Source: a virus
Virus record (IMG/VR): IMGVR_UViG_3300022885_000003
Span: 1 to 64,000 of that record
Length of the DNA: 64,000 nt
Direction: 5' to 3' (one strand)
The position numbers and the translations under genes are program-made. The notes beneath the pieces were generated by a model that did not search any database, had not been told where the DNA came from, and worked only from the letters and a program-made list of their open reading frames with translations. Below are positions 47,103-56,500 of this stretch, one piece after another. Within the stretch, counting starts at the first letter, position 1. Each line of letters opens with the position of its first letter.

Positions 47103-48341
47103 ATGACTGTAGAGAACGAAATCAACGAAATCTACAATATCCACGAAAACAACTGGGATTCGTTTAAGGACAAGGTCGAGAAGCTAAATCGCAAGATTAA
47201 GCGCCTGGGTCTGGATTTCGAAGAGTTCTCCATCATTGCCGATCCCGTTGGTTACGAATTTTTCGAGGACGAAAACAAGCCGGGACAAGGCCATAAGGTT
47301 TACGAAGTCCTCGTTGCTGGTAAGATCGTTCGGGTTGAAGGTTGGGAATTCGTTGCGCGTTTGCGGCATGATAAGGAAGCTGGTGTGATGGTTGATACCC
47401 AGCCCGGCAAAGAATGCCCTGTCCAGTATCGAGAAGCAGACCACCGCAATTGTGACCATTGTCACACGAAGCGTTATCGCAAGGATACGTTCGTTCTCCG
47501 TAACGTGGAGACGGATGAATACATGCAGGTTGGTCGTCAGTGTCTTCGGGACTTTTATGGTCACGACATCGACAAGATCGCGAAGCTGGCAGAGTTTTGG
47601 TTCGAATGTCACCGCGCGGCGCTTGAACCAGTAGACAACACACCACGTGACCCCAACTCCATCAACTTGGAAAGCTACCTTGCTTTTACCGTTCGAGCAA
47701 TCGCAGAATCGGGTTGGATTAGCCGTGGTACTGCTTATGGTATGGAGGATATCACCTCAACCGCAGACCAGGCATTGAATATTATGGCTTCGGCTTTTCG
47801 TTGGACTGGTTTGGGGTACGTGACGCCGGAGCCGGGACCGACAGTACAGGAAAGGGAAACGGTACGGGATGCAATTTCTTACTGGCTTGATATCGTTGAA
47901 AACAAGACGAACTTGAATGATTTTGAACACAACATTGGCATTATCGCCAAGAGCACGTATGTTAGTTACAAGGATGTGGGTAGAGCCGCCGCAATGATCA
48001 TGTCCTACCAGAAGGCAATGGATCGCTTGAAGGCTGCCGAACTCCGTAAGACCCTAGTCGGAAAGAGTGAGCATGTTGGCGCAGTGGGTGATGTCCTGGA
48101 GAATATGGAATTCACCGTTGAAATGCGCCGGATGGTTGAGGGTGCCTGGGGTTCATCGCCGATGACCAAGATGCGCGATAAGGACGGTAACACTTTTACG
48201 GTATTTGGTGGTAAGTGGACCACAGAAATTGAGGCAGGACAGAAGATTGTTATGAAGCGTGGACGCATTAAGAAGCACGATGAATTCCGTGATGAGAAGC
48301 AGACGGTTCTTACCCATGTGAAACAAGCAAACGAGGAGTAA
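47103..48341 (+). CDS. Early protein with Zn-binding motif and C-terminal OB-fold-like domain
   Basis: CDHC...R.R......QVG..CL.DF.G; C-terminal SEHVGAVG...IKKH.EFR.EKQT.L. Confidence 0.8.
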   Translation: MTVENEINEIYNIHENNWDSFKDKVEKLNRKIKRLGLDFEEFSIIADPVGYEFFEDENKPGQGHKVYEVLVAGKIVRVEGWEFVARLRHDKEAGVMVDTQPGKECPVQYREADHRNCDHCHTKRYRKDTFVLRNVETDEYMQVGRQCLRDFYGHDIDKIAKLAEFWFECHRAALEPVDNTPRDPNSINLESYLAFTVRAIAESGWISRGTAYGMEDITSTADQALNIMASAFRWTGLGYVTPEPGPTVQERETVRDAISYWLDIVENKTNLNDFEHNIGIIAKSTYVSYKDVGRAAAMIMSYQKAMDRLKAAELRKTLVGKSEHVGAVGDVLENMEFTVEMRRMVEGAWGSSPMTKMRDKDGNTFTVFGGKWTTEIEAGQKIVMKRGRIKKHDEFRDEKQTVLTHVKQANEE

Positions 48342-48347
48342 TAAACA

Positions 48348-48575
48348 ATGGATGGAAAAATTTGTGCGGTTTATATGGAACAAATTGCGCCGGAGAAGAT
48401 TGGCATAGCGGCCAGCAAATGGGTTGTTTGGTGTCAGGATCTAATAGTCGCAACTGATGAAGTTGATGCTACGGTTGTTGACGGCGCACCCAAGGCAGCT
48501 CAAGTCTTGCAGAGCCTAATTGATATGCAAAAAGCTCGGGGATACCGTGTGTTTTTTTCATCAAAGGAGATGTAA
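48348..48575 (+). CDS. Hypothetical protein
   Basis: GGAG RBS. Confidence 0.65.
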   Translation: MDGKICAVYMEQIAPEKIGIAASKWVVWCQDLIVATDEVDATVVDGAPKAAQVLQSLIDMQKARGYRVFFSSKEM

Positions 48576-48576
48576 A

Positions 48577-48933
48577 GTGTCATATACCCTCCAAAAGTTG
48601 TTATGGAACAACGAAGGAAAATCGGACAAGATCTGGGGATGGGTTGAAGCCGGAGACAATTGGTTCTGTTTTTGGGGAAAACGCCAGGTTGTAGATGTAG
48701 ATGGTCTAGTTGGCGGTAAGAGACCAAGCCTCCAGTTTAAGATGTACATCGGGAAAAAGGGTTTATCGGAATTGGAAAAACTTTCCCGGAACAAGCAAAA
48801 AAAGGGTTACACAAATCAGGATATAACTGATGTTGATGCTGTTGTGCCAGGATTTACGTCGTTTTTCGAGAACGCCCTAGTCACTGCCCGACTTATGGGT
48901 AAAGTACGGACAGATGACTGGGCTGATTGTTAA
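48577..48933 (+). CDS. WGR-like domain protein
   Basis: GTG start after AAGGAG; SDKIWG...FWGKR...KQKKGY. Confidence 0.7.
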   Translation: MSYTLQKLLWNNEGKSDKIWGWVEAGDNWFCFWGKRQVVDVDGLVGGKRPSLQFKMYIGKKGLSELEKLSRNKQKKGYTNQDITDVDAVVPGFTSFFENALVTARLMGKVRTDDWADC

Positions 48934-48937
48934 TGTG

Positions 48938-49750
48938 TTATGATGTTGGGAATGCGGCTGTTGGAACTGAAAAACCGGAAGTATAACGAGCAACACCATT
49001 AGTGATTCTAAGATCGTCAATGAAACCATCAAAGTATAGAGATGATCCACTCTGTCCTCTAGCACCAACTTTTAATGGTGAAGAAGTATCAGCCATTGCT
49101 GTTGCACTAGTTGTTGAGTCGACCTGTACACCATCAATAAACATTCTAAAGTTGCTTCCATCGCGTGTGACTGCAAAATGGCTCCAAGTCTGGACTGGCA
49201 ATGGCCCACCAAATCCTAGATGATGCGTAAATTCGAATCCAGGAGGGGAGGTATCTAGTGAAACACCTAAGCCATCAGGACCAACATTAATCCAAAATGG
49301 TCCTGCGCCAGCGCCGCCGCCGTCACCTTTGTCAAGAATGGTAGAAAATTGCGTAGCGCCTGTATTCATATATGACCACCATTCAATTGTCCAATCATTT
49401 GATCCAAAGTTCAAATCTGCGGTATGAGCAAATTGCAAATACTGTGAACTGGCTTTTAAGAATTTACCAGATCCAGCCCCGAATTGTTTTTCAGTAGCAT
49501 CGATTGTTGGTGCATTCAATAGAGTTGGTGTTCTTGCTGAATTTGAAACATCGTTAAAGTCTGAATCCATTGGTAGCAATAATGTTACACTCGCAAAATC
49601 TGGATCCGTAGATCCGCCTGGATTAGCAATATGCCATGGGCCTGTTTCTGCTTCAAGTGAATATATGGATGAATCCCTGAAGCCTGCTCGATCAATGAAC
49701 GTAGTTCGTCCCGAGTTAATGTTAACTCTGTTATTTATTGATGTCCCCAT
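48938..49750 (-). CDS. LamG-domain virion protein with MGTSI...GPWHIANP anchor
   Basis: WTIEWW, WSHFAVTR, IDDLRITNGVARY; TAAATA on the - strand at about 49798. Confidence 0.85.
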   Translation of the reverse strand: MGTSINNRVNINSGRTTFIDRAGFRDSSIYSLEAETGPWHIANPGGSTDPDFASVTLLLPMDSDFNDVSNSARTPTLLNAPTIDATEKQFGAGSGKFLKASSQYLQFAHTADLNFGSNDWTIEWWSYMNTGATQFSTILDKGDGGGAGAGPFWINVGPDGLGVSLDTSPPGFEFTHHLGFGGPLPVQTWSHFAVTRDGSNFRMFIDGVQVDSTTSATAMADTSSPLKVGARGQSGSSLYFDGFIDDLRITNGVARYTSGFSVPTAAFPTS

Positions 49751-49851
49751 AATGTGTATTCCTTTTAGTTAATGTGTCTTAAGATTGATGTGCTTATTAT
49801 TTATCCAAAATGGTTTATTATTTTTCATTGTTGATAATTGTTGTCTTATAA

Positions 49852-52272
49852 TTATGCTCCTGGAATTGGTGGTAAGTTTCCACCACCCGCCACGTCTGCA
49901 ATTGCCATATAAATGTGTGTTGATGCACTATTTATAACAGAAGCATTCCGGATTTTGAAACCATCACTAAGAAGGTCAACTGAATATGCATTATCAGGTG
50001 ATGCAGAATTTGAAAGGTTTGCCCATAATGGGTTAGTTGATGGGTTAATTGTATTGCGTTGCGTGTCAAAAATCCACCAATCGCTTGCTGCGGTGTCTTT
50101 AATAAGTAGCCAACGAGGCTTAAACCCTGTTCTAATATATGGTCCGTTAGCACTACTGTTACCTTCAAATGATCCAACATCACAAACACCAGGAACCGAC
50201 CTAAATGCATATGAAATATAATTTCCCGCATTAACATTAATATTGCTGCTAACAGTCATTGATGAACTAGTTGGTGGTGTATTAGCATGAACATTGTTAC
50301 CATCGGTGAATAACCCGTTAGTCAAATTCAGTAACAGATATGAATTATTTGTGGACAAATCCATACCAATGTTATTTGTCCAAAAATACCATGCATTTGA
50401 TGTACCTCTAGATTTTGCAATGATTGCATCTGGAGCGCCAGGCAAACCATGCCCGATAGTTGCAACCGATCCATCACCAGTATATGTCATTATACTAAAA
50501 TGCCCAGGAGTGGCAACAGATACGTTCGATGTTATCGACCCAGTTGTGTTTGTTACACTAGCACCACCCGCTAAGTAATTCCATGAAACATAATTTTCTG
50601 AATTCGTATTGACTTGAACATCATTACCAACAGTGAATCCATCAGCATTGAAAGACGCTAAGGCTTCGGCGGCTGTTACTTCAGCGTCTAAGCCATCGCT
50701 TGAGAGGTATTTGGTTGTACCTCTAACAACGTCAGTAAGAATATGTTGGTCAGCTGCCGATGTGTTCTTAATCCAAGTAAAATCAGGCTGGAATCCTGCG
50801 CCAGTTACAGCGTTACCACCCGATCCGATTGCTGTTCCGTTTCCTGTATAAAGAACTGTTTCAAAGAAGTCAACGCCTTGGAATGTTGGTGTTGGCAAGT
50901 TTGCTGAGTTGATCGGCAAGAAACCAGCTGTTGGTGTGTCTTGGAAATCAACTAAATCAAATATAAAATCAAAAGTTGGTGAAAGATAACGGACCGCTAT
51001 TGGGAACCATGTTTCATTGCTGTTTATTGCAATTGTTCCTTGGCTTACATTATCCTTGAAAAATTCAATTTCATCCGCGTCAGCATCTAATTCAACACGG
51101 ATCCGATTGGAAGATGTGTATGAGTCCCCGTATGCGGAGTTTGACCCCCCATCAATTGATTTAGTTCCAGAATTTGTGTAAACTATCGCGTGTTGGCTTG
51201 CTATTGCACCATCCAAGCGGGTATCGCCGCCGTATGAATTGGCAATTCCAAACGCCACGTTTGATCCGTTCGTTAACTGAGCTTCCCAGGTATATTTTCC
51301 AGTAGAAATTCCCATCGTGGTCCATACCGCTTCTGTACCACCCGAATTGGATATTGAACCGGATAAGTTTCCATTGCTTAATGTTGCGCGAACTGTTTTA
51401 TGTAGTGTATTAATCACTGGATAAACAAGTGATGGTGTATTGTTAGAACCATTTGTAGCATGAGTCATATTTGATGGTGTAAAGTCGTTTCCATTTGAAC
51501 TTGCGTCAGTTCCATCACCAATGCCATCAGTTAAACAGAATGAATTGCCACCAGCAGCGTCTGCGAGTGCTATTATTTGGTCGTTTGAGGCTGGCGCCCA
51601 CGTGAAGCCATTCGTGCCAACATTAACGAATTCACCAAAATCAAGTTCAGTTAATCCCGTATCTTCAATGAATGCTGGTTGTGCAATATATCCACTAAAA
51701 TGATTGCTTCCTCCTTGCGATCCGATTGTCCATGTAGAGGAACCTAATGGAATAGATGATGGGAATGACACACGGTCATCAATTGAGAAACTGGTTACTT
51801 CTTCACCATTGATGAATAATTCTGAATCTGTTCCTTTAAAATGATAAAGTATATGACACCAACCAATATCCCTAAATTGATGATTAGTTGTTATGGTGGA
51901 AGCGGGGCCTCCGTAAATTTGAAGGAAATCACCACCGTTGGGGATATTAACAAATAGTTGTGTGTTATTTAGGCTAAGTATACCCCACGTCGTTCCGGCA
52001 TCGAATTCGGTTCTAAGAACCCATAAAGAAATCCAACATTCAGTTGTATTCGAAGCAGCATTTGATGTTCGTGTTAAGCGTTGTGAAGAGCTTCTATCAA
52101 ACCAAGCAGATCCACCGATTGATGTCGTATCAAAAGTTATTGGGTTAGCTACATGCCAAGGCCCAGTTTGTGCTTCGGCAGGATATATAGAAGAGTTTCG
52201 AAAAGCATTTCTATCAATAAATGCGGTACGGCCTGAATTAACTTTTACTCTACTATTAATACTTGTTCCCAT
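49852..52272 (-). CDS. LamG plus SPRY-like multidomain virion protein with the same anchor
   Basis: WCHILY; SNGNL...TGKYTWE...LDAD..IEFFKD; YTGNG...GFQPD..WIK repeats; TAAATA on the - strand at about 52313. Confidence 0.85.
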   Translation of the reverse strand: MGTSINSRVKVNSGRTAFIDRNAFRNSSIYPAEAQTGPWHVANPITFDTTSIGGSAWFDRSSSQRLTRTSNAASNTTECWISLWVLRTEFDAGTTWGILSLNNTQLFVNIPNGGDFLQIYGGPASTITTNHQFRDIGWCHILYHFKGTDSELFINGEEVTSFSIDDRVSFPSSIPLGSSTWTIGSQGGSNHFSGYIAQPAFIEDTGLTELDFGEFVNVGTNGFTWAPASNDQIIALADAAGGNSFCLTDGIGDGTDASSNGNDFTPSNMTHATNGSNNTPSLVYPVINTLHKTVRATLSNGNLSGSISNSGGTEAVWTTMGISTGKYTWEAQLTNGSNVAFGIANSYGGDTRLDGAIASQHAIVYTNSGTKSIDGGSNSAYGDSYTSSNRIRVELDADADEIEFFKDNVSQGTIAINSNETWFPIAVRYLSPTFDFIFDLVDFQDTPTAGFLPINSANLPTPTFQGVDFFETVLYTGNGTAIGSGGNAVTGAGFQPDFTWIKNTSAADQHILTDVVRGTTKYLSSDGLDAEVTAAEALASFNADGFTVGNDVQVNTNSENYVSWNYLAGGASVTNTTGSITSNVSVATPGHFSIMTYTGDGSVATIGHGLPGAPDAIIAKSRGTSNAWYFWTNNIGMDLSTNNSYLLLNLTNGLFTDGNNVHANTPPTSSSMTVSSNINVNAGNYISYAFRSVPGVCDVGSFEGNSSANGPYIRTGFKPRWLLIKDTAASDWWIFDTQRNTINPSTNPLWANLSNSASPDNAYSVDLLSDGFKIRNASVINSASTHIYMAIADVAGGGNLPPIPGA

Positions 52273-52326
52273 AAGTAAAATTTCCTCTTGACATTAATTA
52301 AAATTTCATATATATTTATTTATGCT

Positions 52327-52578
52327 ATGGGTAAAACTATAATACACAAAGAATTGACTGAAAAATATCTAGAATGGGTCGGTACCATTTCATTGATAAC
52401 AGGGGCAATTTTAAGTAGTTTGAACATTTTCCCCTGGAATGTGGTAGCCTTTCTTATGGGTGGAGTTTTTTGGGTTATTCTTGGTAAACTATGGAAGAAA
52501 AATAGTGTCGTTATTCTAAACGCTTCAATGATGTCAATATATATATTTGGAGTAATCAAAGGATTTAATTGGTGGTAA
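52327..52578 (+). CDS. Small three-TM membrane protein
   Basis: EWVGT...GA.L.S.NI.PWN. Confidence 0.75.
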   Translation: MGKTIIHKELTEKYLEWVGTISLITGAILSSLNIFPWNVVAFLMGGVFWVILGKLWKKNSVVILNASMMSIYIFGVIKGFNWW

Positions 52579-52581
52579 CGC

Positions 52582-52854
52582 ATGTCAAAAAAGAAATTTG
52601 CTATTGAATGCACAACATATGGTCTCGTTACTGACCACCGTCGACAAAAAGGGTGGATGACAGGAGAAACTAGCTGCCGATGGGTTCTACGAAAACGTCC
52701 AGGAGAATCTGGTCCTGGGTGTATGTCTATTGTTATATTTAAGACCAAGGAAGAAGCAAAAGAATATATCAATACAGAAGTAAAACCCAAAGAGAATAAA
52801 AGTTACCGGATTAGAAAACTTCCTAAGGATATAACAAATACCATGGAGTGGTAA
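52582..52854 (+). CDS. Hypothetical protein
   Basis: Operonic ORF. Confidence 0.65.
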   Translation: MSKKKFAIECTTYGLVTDHRRQKGWMTGETSCRWVLRKRPGESGPGCMSIVIFKTKEEAKEYINTEVKPKENKSYRIRKLPKDITNTMEW

Positions 52855-52875
52855 ATAATAAAAAGGAGAACTATT

Positions 52876-53244
52876 ATGCCTACTGATCCATTTGCATTAC
52901 CTGTACAGAAACCAACAGGACCAACTATTATTAATATCACTGACAGTGCTAAAGAGCATTTTGAAAATCTGCTCAAACAACACAATAAAAAAGCTATTCG
53001 ATTCGGGGTTAAATCTGGAGGTTGCTCAGGTTTTACATATGATATTGATTTTACTGATGAAATTGAAAAGGGTGATGATATCATTCCATTAGAAAATGGA
53101 GATTTTGTTGTAGATGCAGCAAGTATCATGTTTGTAATGGGTGTTGAGGTTGACTGGGTAACCGATATGATGGGATCTAGCTTTAGATTTACCAATCCAA
53201 ATGCAACTGCTTCGTGTGGATGTCAAACAAGCTTTTCAGTATAA
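52876..53244 (+). CDS. iscA: A-type Fe-S cluster carrier (IscA/ErpA/HesB)
   Basis: GGCSGF.Y, NPNA..SCGC.TSF; TAAATA at 52852. Confidence 0.92.
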   Translation: MPTDPFALPVQKPTGPTIINITDSAKEHFENLLKQHNKKAIRFGVKSGGCSGFTYDIDFTDEIEKGDDIIPLENGDFVVDAASIMFVMGVEVDWVTDMMGSSFRFTNPNATASCGCQTSFSV

Positions 53245-53534
53245 TGACAACTAGCGAATATTTTGGTAAATATTTTCAAGGACAGAATTGGAAAAAACCT
53301 ACCTTACCCACAATTGATGTTTATTTGTATGGTCATGAAGGCATAGTATTATCATCAATAGATTGGTGCATCAACAATTGCAAGCATAGATGGGGTTGGT
53401 GTTTCGATAATTTTCCACCAAACATAGACGAGATAATAGAAAAACTATCCGCAGATGAGTTTGTACACCGAACACCAATTATGAAATTCGAATCCAAGCA
53501 AGAAGCCATAGAATTTAAACTTTATTGTTTATAG
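53244..53534 (+). CDS. Hypothetical protein, DA.LFKL family
   Basis: DWCINNC..RWGW...FESKQEAIEFKL. Confidence 0.75.
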   Translation: MTTSEYFGKYFQGQNWKKPTLPTIDVYLYGHEGIVLSSIDWCINNCKHRWGWCFDNFPPNIDEIIEKLSADEFVHRTPIMKFESKQEAIEFKLYCL

Positions 53535-53586
53535 CGAACTTCTCCTGTAATAAATACTTAGTAGAGTATTCTTACAAGGATTGCGC

Positions 53587-56500
53587 ATGTCTGACATAAA
53601 AAAATATATTGCAGTTACGAAGCCAGGAACAAATGACCAATTTGGTTATTATCTTGCATCAAACCGCATTGAACACACAAATATCACCCCAATGAATAGT
53701 CATTGGATTATAAACTGTACACATAAACAATATATCAGCATTCTCGGACGAAGCGAGATTGTTATCATTGAGGAAGATGTTGAATTTTCAACTTGTGCTG
53801 TTCAAAACTTGAATGGTGTGGTCGATGATAACTGGGGATTGGATCGAATTGATCAACGCTCTACACAATTAAATAATGTTTATAAATTTAATCGGAATGG
53901 TTCAACTGTTGATATTTATGTAATTGATACAGGAATTAAGATTGACCACGAAGAGTTTGGAGGGAGAGCTTCGGTTCTATCCGACTTTGTTAATGAAACT
54001 GGTGTTGCCACAGGTCAAGATGGCAATGGTCACGGAACTCATGTAGCAGCGACAGCGTGTGGTGCAACATACGGTGTCGCAAAAGCGGCGAAAGTCTTTT
54101 CCGCAAAAGCTCTAAATTCAGCAGGAAGTGGTTCAGGTTCAGCTATTATACAAGCTATGAACTCAGTCCTGTCACACCATGTATCCAAAACAAATAATCG
54201 CCCGTCAGTTGCCAATATGAGTATTGGATTTAATGGTCGGGTAACTTCTGTTGATCTAGCAGTTGCAAACTTGGTTAATGCTGGTATAGTTACAATAGTC
54301 GCTGCGGGCAATTCGAATCGACCAGCAATTGAAGTGTCGCCAGCTGGTGCCCCCGAAGCTTTTACGGTTGGTGCTATCGGCTTCGGCGATGCAAGAGCCA
54401 GTTTTTCTAATTTTTCTAGCGGGGATGGGCCAGGAGACGGTGATAGGGGATTCGGAGAAGCTGGTATTTCAAACCTCGGATCAGCGGTTGATGTTTTTGC
54501 ACCTGGTGTTGCTATTCGTAGTGCTGCACCATTTGAAGTACCATCATTCTTCTTGCGCGTTGATGCACCATTTGAAACAATTGTTGGTAGAGTTCCTGCA
54601 GGTGAAACAATTCTATCGACAAGATTTAGAGTATTCTTCCCATATGATGGTACAAGCCGTGTTAGGATTGGGACACGTTCTAACCCTACATTATTATTTG
54701 ATGGTTCCCCTACATTCCTATCAAGAGTCCGAGATCTAAGACTAAATCCAAATATTATCTTACCAACAGATGAGGAAATCATTTTACAATATGAACAAAA
54801 TGATTCTACACAAGGTTCTTTCCAGTCAAACATTACATTATCAACCAAGGATGGAAGTCAAAGATTAAATGGTACGTCAATGGCTTGTCCTCATGCGGTT
54901 GGCGTTGCAGCATTATTCTTAGAAGATAAGCCAAGACCAACAAATTCAACTGGAGTACAAGAAGTTAAAGACTTTATGATCAACAATGCAACGGTTAATT
55001 CAATCCCCGATTTACCGATTGGAACCCCAAATCGGGTATTGTTTAGCTTCTTTGTTGAAGAAGCATCATTCGAGTGGATTACTCTACCAGGAATTATCAG
55101 AAGCCAAGAAGAAAATACCGCTTTTAGCCAAACAGTGGTTGCTAGGTTTGTAGATGAACTCGGAAATGAACAACCGGTTACATACCAAACTAATCCAGAT
55201 TTCCCAGTGTTCTTATCACTAAATCCAATAACAGGTTTACTTACAGGTACCCTCCCTGAAGTCACCGAAGATACCGAATTTGAATTTACATTAACTGCTA
55301 TTGCTCCTGATCTTAGTACAATCGACCAAGTATTTTCTATTAATGTTCTCGATATACCAAACCGACCACCTATATGGGTTACACAACCGAACCAGATAAA
55401 AGTTGGTGTTACGCCACATGACCCAGTAGAAGGCGAAGTGGTTAGTTTCCAATTAGAAGCAACCGACCCTGAAGGATTGCCTATAACTTATTCCCTGCAA
55501 GTTGGTGAAAATCCAAGCAACCCTGGTGAAATTAGAACTTCCGGATTGTTCTTAGATTCTAGCGGATTAATTTCTGGTACTGTATCAAATTTATTGGTAA
55601 ATCAAACAATTTCATTTACCGTTAGAGCAAGTGACGGTGAACTAATTACTGATAGATCATTCTTTATTGACTTGATCGCAGTTAATTCATCTCCTTTATG
55701 GTTCCCATTGGTTGTTAGTGAACCAGTCGAAATATTAACCGCTAGTCAAGGTGATACAATACTTTATGATTTTGCATTATTGACCAATGTTGATCATGCG
55801 GCGGATCCAGACAATGATCCATTGACATTTACTTTAGTTGGTGGCGCTCTTCCGAATGGTACAACACTTTCATCAGATGGTAAATTATCAGGTTCTCTCA
55901 TTGGGAACGGTAATTTTGTCTTCACAATTGAAGTTACTGACACAGTGTTAAGTGCAACACGAGAGTTTTCTGTTGATGTTGCTGAAATTGTAACAAATCA
56001 ACCGCCGGTATGGAATACACCAACCGGAAACATTGTAACAGCAAATGAATTATCATTATTTATTTTCCAACTTAATGCAATTGACCCAGAAGCTGGATTG
56101 GTTACTTATGCGCCCAACCTGCAATTTGGTGAAGAATTCCCCGCTACGCTTAATATATCATCATCCGGATTAATTACCGGTACGTTGCCAAGCATTAATG
56201 AATCAACAAAGGTGTTTACCTTTACAGTAAATGCAAGTGATGGCGTTCTTGTTACACCCAGAGTTTTCGAAATCACCGTAAGTAATGTATCAGGTGATGT
56301 TCCACCCATTTGGATTACTCCGGAAGGTTCATTAGGAACAACCGATGAATGCATTGATGCGATTTTCAAAGTTGAAGCAACTACTGCCGCAGTTTTAATT
56401 GATAGTGATAGTGAAGTAGATTTTGAATTAATCATTCAAGCGTTAACAGTGATTACTGAACTAGATGATCCACTAAATGATTTACCAAATGAAATCATTG

